A stretch of DNA of 63,886 nucleotides, the filler included, from an uncultured Gemmatimonadota bacterium (GTDB taxonomy: Bacteria > Blakebacterota > Blakebacteria > Blakebacterales > Blakebacteraceae), in the NCBI GenBank assembly GCA_964576115.1. It is 3 parts of 3 records of this genome, joined end to end, with 100 filler letters (N's around TTAATTAATTAA, not from the genome) between each part and the next. Parts side by side here need not be neighbours in the genome. Positions count along the whole stretch, not along the records: positions 1 to 29,675 come from CAZNUA010000044.1; positions 29,776 to 59,393 come from CAZNUA010000045.1; 1 more part is not named here. The stretch is one strand, 5' to 3'. The position numbers and the translations under genes were made by a program. Positions within the stretch are counted from its first letter, which is position 1, and each line of letters starts with the position of its first letter. Below, piece after piece: positions 19,585 through 29,828 of this stretch. The notes below the pieces were generated by a model. It ran no database searches. It was given only the letters and a program-made list of their open reading frames with translations, and was not told where the DNA came from.

Positions 19585-19642
19585 GACCGGTACAGGGGGG
19601 CGACCGGTACAGGGGGGGCGACCAGTACAGGGGGGTAACCGG
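19585..19642. repeat. G-rich 17-18-bp tandem repeat x3
   Basis: gaccggtacaG6c / gaccggtacaG7c / gaccagtacaG6 between selB and comF. Confidence 0.85.
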
Positions 19643-19743
19643 ACGAATGCCATCATACCAGTTCCAGCCGTCGCAGGGAAAGCCCGGTTTCACACATACC
19701 CCGGTGTGAATCGCCGGGGGGATCCTGAGAATCAGGCCGGAGT

Positions 19744-21690
19744 TCAGTCTCCCAATCCCGGCCCGGGCACCCGGACGTCACCTTCGCGGACCGTGACGCC
19801 GGCACTGTCGAGGTATTCCAGGATCGGGATGATGTACTTGCGGGTCAGGCCGCCGGTCAGATCGCGAAGTTCGGGTACGGTGAGTTCGTCACGGGCGGCG
19901 AAGTGCTCTCGGATGAGGTCGACGATGCGTTCGTGCCCGGCCCGGCCGAGATAGAGTCCGTTCGGATAGCGCACCACGATCCTCTGCCCCGTCAGGGCTT
20001 CGAGCAGTTCCCCCGCGGCAATCTTCCCCGATCCGGCCCGTTCGAGAGCGGCGGTCACGAGCGGTTCGAGTTCCTCCTGCTCCATCGGCGTGATGCCACG
20101 CTCGTCGAGGGCGGTGCGGACCGCCTCGACCGCTTCGGCCAGCGGACCCTCGAAGGAAATCGAGAAATCCCTCCGGCGCCAGAAGGGCGGATCACGCGAG
20201 ACGAGTTTGTTCTCGCGGGCGTTCTCGAGCGCCGCGGTCAGCCCCCCGCAGTCGGGGGGCACGCCGAGTTCGGAAGCCAGGGCCTCGGTGGTCAGACCCC
20301 GTCGCAGGGGGTGAGCGTCGTGGGCGGCTTCGAGCGAATCGACGATCCGGGTCACGGCTTCAGCAACCGCTTCCTGATCGATGAGTACCCCGTTGCGCAC
20401 CAGCCAGCCCTCGGTCTCGGCTGTATCGAGCAGCGCGCCGGGTGTGAGCGCCGAACGCGTGGCGGCCTCTTCGACCGGCAGCCCTTTCAGACCGGCGCCG
20501 GTCATGAGAACGGTCACGGTATCGACCGGATCGCCGGCGGCTCGCATCTCGAGTTGCTCCACGACCTTGTCGTCACTGCGCTTGTGCCGGGCGGGGTCCA
20601 GATCGAGGATCTCGGCTCCCGCGATAGTGCGCATCGGGCTGTAGCGCCTGATCAGAACCCGGTCGCCGACCACCGCCACGATCGGTTCCTCGAGGTGAAG
20701 CTGGGCATAGCCCTGTTCGCCCGGCGGGATTTCGGCGGCGCCGAGAATCCGTAACCGTCCCAGGCTCTCCTGGGTGCCGTGGTGGATCCGGACCCGCTGG
20801 TTGTGCTTCAGGGGTGCGGGGGCACTCCCCAGATGGGTGATCGCCAGATCGACGGTGCGTACCGGTCCCACGCTCTTCGGCGTCACCAGCCACGAACCCG
20901 CAGCGGCTTCCTCGACCGAGACACCATGCAGAGCCAGAGCCGAGCGGGTGCCCGGCGCGGTCATCTCGGCCGGGCGGCCGTGTTGCTGGATCTCCTTGAC
21001 CCTGGTCTTGAGACCGGAGGGCTGGATTTCGAGGGGATCGCCCGGCTTGACCGATCCCGACCAGACACTGCCGGTGATGACGGTGCCGATTCCCTTGATC
21101 GTGAAGGAACGGTCGATCGGCAGGCGGAAGATCTCGCCGGCCCGGCGCTCGGCGATCCCGGCCAGGAAGGTCTCGAGAGTCTCGCGCAGCGCCTCGATCC
21201 CCTCCCCCGTCACAGACGAGACGGGAACGACCGGAGCCGAGGCCAGGAAGGTGCCGGCTACCAGGTCGCGTACGTCTTCGGCCACCAGTTCGGTCCACTC
21301 GGGATCGTCAACCAGGTCGATCTTGGTCAGAACGATGATTCCGTTCTGTACTCCGAGCAGGTTGAGTATCTCGAGATGTTCGCGAGTCTGCGGTTTGACA
21401 CCCTCGTCGGCGGCAACCACGAACAGGGCCACATCGACCCCGGTGGCGCCGGCGACCATGGTCTTGATGAAACGTTCATGCCCCGGTACATCGACGATTC
21501 CGACCAGAGCCGGCAGTTCGGTTTTCGGTTCGTATTCGGCGAAGCCGAGCACGATGCTGATACCCCGTTCGTGCTCCTCTTCCAGGCGGTCGGTATCGAT
21601 CCCGGTCAGGGCTCCGATAAGGGCCGTCTTGCCGTGATCGACATGACCGGCCGTTCCGATAAGCAGGTGCTTCAGATAATCGTCAGCCAT
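19744..21690 (-). CDS. selB: Selenocysteine-specific elongation factor SelB
   Basis: IGTAGHVDHGKTALIGALTGIDTDRLEEE, DVPGHERF, RLPIDRSFTIKGIGTV; C-terminal winged helix LTRKYIIPILEYLD; 648 aa. Confidence 0.97.
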   Translation of the reverse strand: MADDYLKHLLIGTAGHVDHGKTALIGALTGIDTDRLEEEHERGISIVLGFAEYEPKTELPALVGIVDVPGHERFIKTMVAGATGVDVALFVVAADEGVKPQTREHLEILNLLGVQNGIIVLTKIDLVDDPEWTELVAEDVRDLVAGTFLASAPVVPVSSVTGEGIEALRETLETFLAGIAERRAGEIFRLPIDRSFTIKGIGTVITGSVWSGSVKPGDPLEIQPSGLKTRVKEIQQHGRPAEMTAPGTRSALALHGVSVEEAAAGSWLVTPKSVGPVRTVDLAITHLGSAPAPLKHNQRVRIHHGTQESLGRLRILGAAEIPPGEQGYAQLHLEEPIVAVVGDRVLIRRYSPMRTIAGAEILDLDPARHKRSDDKVVEQLEMRAAGDPVDTVTVLMTGAGLKGLPVEEAATRSALTPGALLDTAETEGWLVRNGVLIDQEAVAEAVTRIVDSLEAAHDAHPLRRGLTTEALASELGVPPDCGGLTAALENARENKLVSRDPPFWRRRDFSISFEGPLAEAVEAVRTALDERGITPMEQEELEPLVTAALERAGSGKIAAGELLEALTGQRIVVRYPNGLYLGRAGHERIVDLIREHFAARDELTVPELRDLTGGLTRKYIIPILEYLDSAGVTVREGDVRVPGPGLGD

Positions 21691-21694
21691 ACAT

Positions 21695-24145
21695 CTACCT
21701 CACCGTGAATCGGGAACGGTGTCGGGCGGTATTTCCCGCTCCATCGGTTGCTTCGAGGATCATGAAGTATTCGCCCGGTTCGAGCGGATCGCGGGGGGTG
21801 TAGACCAAGCGGTCCCGTTGGGCATCGTAGTGGGCAATGAGCAGCGTACCGTTCAATCTCAGAACGAGCTGGCGTTCGTCGCTGAATCCGGTGGCATTAT
21901 CCTCGATCTCGTACACGATCTGCGGGCGGCCCGCTCGCACGGTACTGCTGTCGCGGGGTGAGACCAGGGTGATGACCGGACGGGTCGTGTCGGCCATCGC
22001 CGCCAGCGGGCCGAGACCCCCGAGGTCGGCTCTGAGGACTCCGCCACGCAGCTCCCCACCCAGATAGAACCAGCGTGTGCCCTCGCCGTTTCCGGACTCC
22101 TCGCGTTCGCCGCGGGTATACAGCCCCACCTGCCGGGATTCGATCCCGGCCGGCAGGGAATCCAGCGGAATCGAGACCTCACCCCCGTCCCGGAACAGAA
22201 TATCCTCGGGCCCGAGCAGTGTGACCGCGGAAAGAGCCACCAGTCCCTGATCGCCGTTGCTTATGGCCGTTTCGGTGCCTGTCTCCTCGAACCAGGCATC
22301 CTCATAGACCGCCCCCGGCCCGAAAGAGACGGTGAATCCGGTCGCCTCGCTGCGCAGGACCGCCTCGCCGTTGGCAGGCAAAGTGATGATCCGGCGCACA
22401 CCCCCGGCCTCGCATCTGACGCCGAAGACGTTCTCCCAGCGGGCCGATATCGCCACCATCTCTCCGGTGGATCGCTGCAGGGGATAGACCGCTCGATAGC
22501 GATCGCCGTTCTCGGGCGTACCGTGAAGATGAATCGGATCACAATCACCCTGACGAACCGTAAAGAGCATCTGTCCCGGGACAGGGTCGTCGACCCGGGC
22601 CGTGAGGATCAGAAAGCGTTCGTAGCGGTCGATCGACAGGGCGATCGCCGATTCGCCCGCCGGCACGGCACCAGGCGATCCGGAGGCATGGCCCGGATGA
22701 CCGACGAGAACCGGATCAGACACGACTTCACTGCCCCAGGAATCGCGGGCCCGCACGCGCAGAGCCTGCGGGCCGATCCGGTGCAGGCTGTCCAGAATCG
22801 TCGCCGTGAGGGTAAAGAGCCCGCCAGCCCGGCGAACCGCCGCTGCCTCCAGCACCTGCCACCGGGGCAGGGATGGCTCATCGGCACCGCGCTCCGGAAC
22901 CGCCCGGGGCTGGTCACCCGGAAAAGCACCATCCAGCGGCCGAACCTCGACGGCGAGGGTGATACTGTCGCCGTCGGGATCGACGATCCGACCCGTGGGA
23001 GGGAACGGTCGATCCACCGTGACGGCCCGATCGCCGGTCAGCGGACGGATCCGTTCGACCGCCTGAGCGCCATTGCGGTCCCAGCTGAGCAACGGCGGCG
23101 AATTGACGAGCAGCTCCCCGGTCAGCGTCGTCTCGTTCCCCATGGCGTCACTGACACTGATCCGTATCTCGTGCACCCCCGGCTGCAGAGTCAGATAGCC
23201 CTCACCGACCCCGTAGGAACCGTAAAAAGCGAGTTCGTTCCCCCTCTGGCGATACAGGGTATGCGCCCGGGCGCCCTGGCGTACCATGTAGCGGTAATCC
23301 CGATCGAGAGCGATCTGCCCGGTGTTTTCGTAAGCAAAGCGGTCATACGCGGTCGCAAACCGCTCGATACCGTCAACCTCCAGAGCGAGACGATACGGCC
23401 CGAAGCGATTCCAGACCCCGTCCATCATGTCATAGGTGCTCACGGCCAGAACCGCAGTGCCTTCGATGACCGGACGCCCACGCAGACGGTAGCTGCGGCG
23501 ACCGGTCGATTGCAGACCGAAACGTCGAACCCGGATGTCACCTTCGAGTCGGCTTGCAGGACCGACCGGACGGACCAGGAGGTAGCTGATGATGGGCGAG
23601 ATCGTATCGACGATTTCGAGCCCGGAAGTCAGGGGATTGACGGGTTCATTGGCCTCGTTGCGCATCTCGAAGTGCAGATGGGGAGCGGTGGTGCCGGTCA
23701 TCCCGGAGTACGCGATGACATCGCCCCTGGAAACAGGATACTCGTCACGTTCGAACCAGAGATCGACCGACCAGGTCCGTTCGTCGAGTTGCCGATCGAT
23801 GACCCGGTCATCCAGTTCGGGAGTAAAGCGGTCGAGGTGGCCGTAGACAGCCATCCGACCGTCGGCCAGCTGCAGATAGAGAGCTTTGCCGTAACCCCAG
23901 GGGGAGGTCCGCACGCGCCGGATGAAACCGTCAGTCACGGCCAGCATCGGCACCCCGACCCGGCCCCAGGTTTTCACATCGGCTCCGGCATGCACGTGGC
24001 CGGGTCGCCAGTCGCCGAAAGCCGACGTGACTCCCGGCTGAGCCCGGGCCGGCCACAGCAGACCTTCCTGACGGCTGTCACCCGCCCCGGTGAGGAGCAG
24101 AAGCAGGAGGGCGGCGAATGCCGGTAAAAGAGCCCGTTTCTTCAC
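21695..24145 (-). CDS. M23 family metallopeptidase with C-terminal Ig-like domains
   Basis: HxxxD (HAGAD), YGHL, HLHFE motifs; signal peptide from GTG 24145 (AGAGGA RBS). Confidence 0.88.
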   Translation of the reverse strand: MKKRALLPAFAALLLLLLTGAGDSRQEGLLWPARAQPGVTSAFGDWRPGHVHAGADVKTWGRVGVPMLAVTDGFIRRVRTSPWGYGKALYLQLADGRMAVYGHLDRFTPELDDRVIDRQLDERTWSVDLWFERDEYPVSRGDVIAYSGMTGTTAPHLHFEMRNEANEPVNPLTSGLEIVDTISPIISYLLVRPVGPASRLEGDIRVRRFGLQSTGRRSYRLRGRPVIEGTAVLAVSTYDMMDGVWNRFGPYRLALEVDGIERFATAYDRFAYENTGQIALDRDYRYMVRQGARAHTLYRQRGNELAFYGSYGVGEGYLTLQPGVHEIRISVSDAMGNETTLTGELLVNSPPLLSWDRNGAQAVERIRPLTGDRAVTVDRPFPPTGRIVDPDGDSITLAVEVRPLDGAFPGDQPRAVPERGADEPSLPRWQVLEAAAVRRAGGLFTLTATILDSLHRIGPQALRVRARDSWGSEVVSDPVLVGHPGHASGSPGAVPAGESAIALSIDRYERFLILTARVDDPVPGQMLFTVRQGDCDPIHLHGTPENGDRYRAVYPLQRSTGEMVAISARWENVFGVRCEAGGVRRIITLPANGEAVLRSEATGFTVSFGPGAVYEDAWFEETGTETAISNGDQGLVALSAVTLLGPEDILFRDGGEVSIPLDSLPAGIESRQVGLYTRGEREESGNGEGTRWFYLGGELRGGVLRADLGGLGPLAAMADTTRPVITLVSPRDSSTVRAGRPQIVYEIEDNATGFSDERQLVLRLNGTLLIAHYDAQRDRLVYTPRDPLEPGEYFMILEATDGAGNTARHRSRFTVR

Positions 24146-24429
24146 ACGTCTTCCTCTGCCGTCTTGGGGTTGCCCTACCCTGCGCACACGTACCTGCGGG
24201 GCAGGATTGCGAGCAGACGCTCCCGGTCGCGGGGCGGGCCCGTCCGTACCCGAAAACCGGCGGTATGATAGAACGGGGTTAATACGGGTCAAGTGCTTTA
24301 TTTTCAAGGCGTTACGTAGAGGAGGCAGCCGAGAAAGTCCTTGCTGCATCATTTTTGGTCGGGCATTTTGACGCGATTGGATTTTCTTACTGTCCGGTAC
24401 ATCATCACCGGCACCGGGGACAATCGAGA

Positions 24430-26229
24430 ATGCTGACGAAACTGCGCAATCAGACCAAAGCCATTATGTGGATCGTGGCGATCGCGTTCGTACTCACGAT
24501 CGTTTTCGCCTGGGGAATGGATTATTCCGGCGGCAGCGCCAGTCCCGTTCTCGGCCGGGTCAACAAACAGAAGATCATGATCCAGGAGTTCCAGAACGCC
24601 CTGCAGGCCAATTTTCAGTATCAGCGGGAGCAGTCGGGGGGACGGGATCTCAACGAATCGATGGTCGAGTACATCCGGGAGCAAACCTGGCAGCAGATGG
24701 TGGACCAGATTCTCGTCAATCAGGAGCTGCAACGTCTGGGGCTGACGACCAGCGATCAGGAGGTCGTCTTCGTGCTGCAGCACAACCCGCCGTCAGTCAT
24801 GCGGCAGATCCCCGATTTCCAGACCGACGGTGTATTCGATCCGCAGAAGTACCAGGCAGCCATGCGCAACTTCCAGTATGCCGACTTCTGGGTCAGTATC
24901 GAGCAACAGCTCCGGTCCTTCCTGCCGCAGGTCAAACTCGAGCATATCATTTCAGCCATCCCCGTCGTTTCCGACGCCCAGGCCCGGGCTTCGTACATAT
25001 TCACCAACGAGAAGGTCGCGGTCGATTTCGTCCGGGTCGATCCCACCACCCATCCCGATACCACCGTCACCGTCACTTTTCAGGAGATCGAAAGCTATTA
25101 CAACAACCACCAGGAAGAGTACACCCAACCTCCCAAGGTGGATCTGAACTACGTTCTGTTGTACAAGAACGCCAGCGAACGCGATCGGGTGGAAATCCAG
25201 CAGACACTGCTCGAAATACGCGAACGGCTCGAAGAGGGCGAGGATTTCAACTATCTCGCCCAGCAGTACTCCGACGATCCCTCCGCAACCGAAGGTGGCT
25301 ATCTCGGCTGGGTCGGTCGGGGCGAGATGGTCTCTGCCTTCGAAGACGCCGGCTTCGAACTCGACCAGAAGAGTATCTCCGATCCGGTCCGGACCGAATT
25401 CGGCTGGCACATCATCCAGTGCGATTCGATCCGCGATGCCGGCACCGACAACGAAGAGCGTGAGCTGCGGCATATCCTGCTGCGCGACGAGGCCTCATCG
25501 ACTACTCTCGACAGCCTCGAGAACCTGCTGACCCAGCTGCAGACCATGGCGGAGGACGATGATTTCACGACAGCGGCGATGCAGCTGGGGCTCGAGGTCC
25601 AGCAGACCGGCCCGGTGACCAGAGGCGGGTTCGTGCCCGGGATCGGCTTCGAACAGTCGGTCACCAACTTCGCCTTTGCCAACCGTATCGGCACGATTTC
25701 CGACATCATGGAGCACGAGTCCGCTTACTACATGGTTCAGGTGCGCGACAAGATCGAAGAGGGCGTGACACCCCTGACCGAAGTCAGCGACCAGATCCGC
25801 GAGGATCTCCTGTACGTCAAACAGCTCGAAGCCCTGGAATCTTTCGCAACCGATCTGGCTGCACAGATCCGAACCGCTCCTCTGCGTCTGAACGCCATCG
25901 CCGAAGCGGAGAGCCTGACAGTCACCGACACCCAGACTTTCAGCCGCGACGATTACGTGACAGGTGTCGGTCGCGACCCTGCCTTCATTGCGGCCGCATT
26001 CACCACCCCGATCGGGGGAGTCGCCGGTCCGATCCGCGGCGAGAACGAGTGGTATATCCTTTATGTGAAGGAACACCTAGAAGTCGAGGAAACCGGGCTC
26101 GACGCTATCATTGCCGGCGAGCGGGACCGGCTGCTGCGCCAGCAGATCACCAATGCCTTCAATGAATGGGTACGGGGATTGCGCGCGCAGGCGAACATCG
26201 TCGACAATCGCTATCGTTTCTTCTATTGA
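24430..26229 (+). CDS. PpiD/SurA-like peptidyl-prolyl isomerase
   Basis: N-terminal TM, SurA-N-like region, parvulin motif FNYLAQQYSDD...GGYLGW...MVSAFEDA...PVRTEFGWHII. Confidence 0.9.
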   Translation: MLTKLRNQTKAIMWIVAIAFVLTIVFAWGMDYSGGSASPVLGRVNKQKIMIQEFQNALQANFQYQREQSGGRDLNESMVEYIREQTWQQMVDQILVNQELQRLGLTTSDQEVVFVLQHNPPSVMRQIPDFQTDGVFDPQKYQAAMRNFQYADFWVSIEQQLRSFLPQVKLEHIISAIPVVSDAQARASYIFTNEKVAVDFVRVDPTTHPDTTVTVTFQEIESYYNNHQEEYTQPPKVDLNYVLLYKNASERDRVEIQQTLLEIRERLEEGEDFNYLAQQYSDDPSATEGGYLGWVGRGEMVSAFEDAGFELDQKSISDPVRTEFGWHIIQCDSIRDAGTDNEERELRHILLRDEASSTTLDSLENLLTQLQTMAEDDDFTTAAMQLGLEVQQTGPVTRGGFVPGIGFEQSVTNFAFANRIGTISDIMEHESAYYMVQVRDKIEEGVTPLTEVSDQIREDLLYVKQLEALESFATDLAAQIRTAPLRLNAIAEAESLTVTDTQTFSRDDYVTGVGRDPAFIAAAFTTPIGGVAGPIRGENEWYILYVKEHLEVEETGLDAIIAGERDRLLRQQITNAFNEWVRGLRAQANIVDNRYRFFY

Positions 26230-26241
26230 GGAGGACAGGCT

Positions 26242-27471
26242 GTGTCCGATATCAGGATGGTCGCTTCAGTCGAAGCGATCCGGCAGAGTTTTCCCGCTCT
26301 CGAAAGAATCCACAACGACCATCCGGTCGCGTATTTCGACGGTCCCGGCGGCACCCAGGTGCCCCGGCAGGTCGTAGAGGCGGTTTCCGAGTACCTGCTT
26401 CACCATAACGCCAACCAGCACTGGGCCTATCCGACCAGCATCGAGACCGATGCCGTTTTCACCCTGGCCCGGCGGGCGGTCGCCGACCTGCTCAACGGCC
26501 GGCCCGAAGAGATCGCTTTCGGTCCCAATATGACCTCCCTTACCTACCATCTCTCCCGGGCTCTCGGACGCGGCTACGGTCCGGGTGACGAGATCGTCAT
26601 CACCGAACTCGACCACCACGCCAACATCGGTCCCTGGCAGGCCCTGGAGCAGGAGCGGGGCATTACCCTGAAGATGGTCCGTTTCGATACCGGCACCGGC
26701 CGGCTCGACTTCTCCGATCTCGAGGACAAACTGGGGCCCAACACCCGCCTGCTGGCGATCGGGGCGGCGTCGAATGCCCTCGGCACCATTACCGATGTGA
26801 CCCGCGCGACCGCGATGGCCCACAGCGCCGGAGCCCGGGTCTTCGTGGACGCCGTGCACTATGTCCCGCACGTTCTGGCCGACGTGCAGGCGATCGGATG
26901 CGACTACCTGGCCTGCAGCGCCTACAAGTTCTACGGGCCTCACGTCGGGATTCTCTGGGGTCGCCACGACCTGTTGCAGGAACTCGACGTACCGAAGCTG
27001 CAACCGGCCCCGAACGAAGCTCCCGCTCGCTTCGAGACCGGCACCCAGATCCATGAAGGCGTCGCCGGTACGGCTGCGATCGTGGATTTCCTGGCTGTTC
27101 TGGGACCGGGGGACTCGCGGCGGGAGAGACTGAGCGCCACGTACGAGGCTTTGCACCAGCGCAGCACCACTCTCATCACTCGTCTCTGGGACGGCCTGCA
27201 GCAGATCGACGGCGTGACCCTCTACGGTCCCGAGCCGGGCACTCCACGCACCCCCACGCTCTCGTTCACCGTTGCCGGCACCGAATCCCGTGAAGTCGTC
27301 GCTCTGCTGGCCGAAAAAGGACTCTTCCTCACTCATGGTGATTTTTACGCCATGACCGTGGTTGAGAGACTCGGTAAGGCCGATGAAGGTCTGGTTCGAG
27401 CCGGTTGTGCCTGCTACACCACCGAGCGGGAAATCGAACGTCTTATCGAGGCCGTCGCAGATCTGGTCTGA
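26242..27471 (+). CDS. Cysteine desulfurase-like class V PLP enzyme (VC1184-type)
   Basis: YFDGPGGTQVP, LDHHANI, VDAVHY, CSAYKFYGPH (PLP Lys), HGDFYA. Confidence 0.9.
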   Translation: MSDIRMVASVEAIRQSFPALERIHNDHPVAYFDGPGGTQVPRQVVEAVSEYLLHHNANQHWAYPTSIETDAVFTLARRAVADLLNGRPEEIAFGPNMTSLTYHLSRALGRGYGPGDEIVITELDHHANIGPWQALEQERGITLKMVRFDTGTGRLDFSDLEDKLGPNTRLLAIGAASNALGTITDVTRATAMAHSAGARVFVDAVHYVPHVLADVQAIGCDYLACSAYKFYGPHVGILWGRHDLLQELDVPKLQPAPNEAPARFETGTQIHEGVAGTAAIVDFLAVLGPGDSRRERLSATYEALHQRSTTLITRLWDGLQQIDGVTLYGPEPGTPRTPTLSFTVAGTESREVVALLAEKGLFLTHGDFYAMTVVERLGKADEGLVRAGCACYTTEREIERLIEAVADLV

Positions 27472-27511
27472 GGATAAGTCACCCCGACCCGTTCCGATTC
27501 CTGTCTGAACC

Positions 27512-28825
27512 TCAGACTGTCAGCGTCTCAATCAGAGCCGTGAATCCCGGCCAGTATCGGCGCACCGCGTCATAGGCCGCGATCGTGCTCTCACCGTGAC
27601 AGGTCAGGGCACAGACGTGGCAGGCCAGTCCCACCAGCGGATCACCGAAACTGTTGAACTCCGCTCCATCAAGCGTCTGCCGGCCGCGGAATATCAGACC
27701 GTCGGGCGATTCTCCGACCTCGAGTCCGAGAGCCCTGAGATTGGCCACCAGCGCTGCAATACGATCCGTTCCCTTCTCGCGCAGAATCGAGATATTCTTG
27801 AAGTAGGTCTCGCCTTCAGCCGCCGCCCCGGCCATGACAATTGGAGGGATATCTTCATGAATCAACGCCGCCGTGCTGCGCGAGATCCCCACACCGTGCA
27901 GCCTGGTGCGTCTGACATGAATGTCGCCTCTCACCTCACTGCCGACCGTGCGGCGATCCTGCAATTCGATACGCCCGCCCATACGCTGCAGGATCTTCAA
28001 TCCTTCCCGACGGGAGGGATTGAGCCCGATCCCGGGGAGGGTCAGATCCGAACCCGGCAGGAGGAGAGCTGCGACAACCAGGTAGAGCGCTTTGCCGAAA
28101 TCGCCGGGCAGATCGAACGCGGAGGCCTGCAATTCCTCGACGGGAGCGACCTCGATCGCGTACTCACCCCGCCCTCCCCCGGACACCTCTTTCTCCAGAC
28201 TCACTCCGCAGTGAGCCAGCATGCGCTCGATATGATCGGCCGACCGGGCCGGCTCAACGAAACGGGTTACACCGTCGGCCCGAAGAGCCGCCAGCAGCAC
28301 TGCCGCCTTCACACCCGGATCGGGTTCTCCGCTGACAACCTCGGCCCCGACCAGACGCCCGCCGCGCACGACCATCGGAAGAGTGTCACCCTCAGTCAGC
28401 TCGATCTCGGCACCGAGGCGACGCAGGGCTTCCGCCAGCCGGGTGAACTTCTGACGACTGAGGTAGCCGTCACCGGTCAGGGTCACCTCTCCCTCCAGAC
28501 CGGCCGCTATCCCGGCCAGCAGATTGACCGTCAGTTCGGAACTGCCGCATGCAAGCGGACCATCCAGCTCCTGCAGGCCGGCACCAAGAGCATGGAAACC
28601 CCGGCCATTGATAAAAGTAGGACCGCTGTCGGGTGAATATTCGATCGCCACTCCCAGACTCTGCAGGGCGGAGACAGTACGCTCGACAAATCCTCCGGGA
28701 GCGTTTCCGCTGATTGCAGATTCACCGTTACAGAGAGCCGAGGTGACCAGAGCGCACTGATATGCCAGCTGATCGACCGCGAGCGAACAGGATCCCTTGA
28801 GTGCTTTTACACGATTGATCTTCAC
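27512..28825 (-). CDS. EPSP synthase (AroA)-like protein with degenerate active site
   Basis: Collinear with class II AroA (LTGD..LS, VKAAVLLA, DHIERML, LPGD, GLNPSR, LREKGTDRI, DGL) but substrate-binding motifs are substituted. Confidence 0.85.
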   Translation of the reverse strand: MKINRVKALKGSCSLAVDQLAYQCALVTSALCNGESAISGNAPGGFVERTVSALQSLGVAIEYSPDSGPTFINGRGFHALGAGLQELDGPLACGSSELTVNLLAGIAAGLEGEVTLTGDGYLSRQKFTRLAEALRRLGAEIELTEGDTLPMVVRGGRLVGAEVVSGEPDPGVKAAVLLAALRADGVTRFVEPARSADHIERMLAHCGVSLEKEVSGGGRGEYAIEVAPVEELQASAFDLPGDFGKALYLVVAALLLPGSDLTLPGIGLNPSRREGLKILQRMGGRIELQDRRTVGSEVRGDIHVRRTRLHGVGISRSTAALIHEDIPPIVMAGAAAEGETYFKNISILREKGTDRIAALVANLRALGLEVGESPDGLIFRGRQTLDGAEFNSFGDPLVGLACHVCALTCHGESTIAAYDAVRRYWPGFTALIETLTV

Positions 28826-28971
28826 TGCCGCCGATACCCTTCACACGCTGTAGTGTCAATGCCTGCCGGACTGCGGCTTCCAGATCTCAGGGCTACGCGG
28901 TCCCATAATAGAACAGCCTACTGACGTCGGATACGGGGGAACCGGGCACAGACCTCAGAAGACGGGGACAG

Positions 28972-29675
28972 CTATGCATAGAGCGGCAGTTGCAGGGTGA
29001 ATTCTGCTCCGCCATGCGGCATGGTCCGGGCACTCAGGTTGCCTCCGTGGGCCAGCGCGATCTGCTTGGCGACGAACAGACCTACCCCCGATCCGCTTTC
29101 TTTGGTGGAATACAGGGGATCGAAGAGACGTTCAGTTTCAACCGCCGGCAATCCCGGACCTGAATCAGCTATCGTAATCTGAGCTGAGCCTTTCTCTCGT
29201 TTGAACGTTCCCTTGCTCTGCCTCACAGCAACACGCACATCGACGATGGTATCATCACCTGCTTCGAGGGAGTTCGTTATCAGGTTTGCCAGCACCATGG
29301 AAATACTCTGGGCATCCCATTCAGCCACAAAGTTCTTTGGTTCCTCGAATCCCAGACGAATCCGATCCGGGTATTTCTCCCTCATAAGATCGCATACTTG
29401 TGACACAAGGTCTCGCACCTGGACTTTTTCACGCGATATTTGACCAGAAATGTTTGATAGTAATGACTTGGTTATATCTCCGACCTCCCGCGACCATTCG
29501 AGGCACTTCCTGAACTCTTCCTTCTCATCTACATCAGCTTGAGATTCAACACAGTACTCCGCAGTCATCATGATCCGCGATATCGGCCTCTTGATCTCAT
29601 GAAGAATCGAAGCTGTAGTCTTCCCCAGTTCTGCAAGCTGGCTGTCACGCCGACTGCGTTCTTCTAACTTTCCTC
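28972..29675 (-). CDS. Sensor histidine kinase, C-terminal part (cut by contig end)
   Basis: H-box ASILHEIKRPI (manual translation upstream of the track ORF), NLITNSLEA, DSGPG, FDPLYSTK, GSGVGL. Confidence 0.9.
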
Positions 29676-29775
29676 NNNNNNNNNNNNNNNNNNNNNNNNN
29701 NNNNNNNNNNNNNNNNNNNTTAATTAATTAANNNNNNNNNNNNNNNNNNNNNNNNNNNNNNNNNNNNNNNNNNNN
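29676..29775. other. Artificial contig linker
   Basis: N44-TTAATTAATTAA-N44; the 12-mer gives stops in all six frames. Confidence 0.97.
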
Positions 29776-29828
29776 CATCACGCATAATGTACGGATTCGA
29801 GTGGGCCTGAAAAGGAGGGTTCGGTTCC

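Noticed and set aside
29720-29731. TTAATTAATTAA palindrome as a regulatory or att site (also 59438-59449)
   Set aside because: Centred in 44-N pads; a six-frame stop linker.
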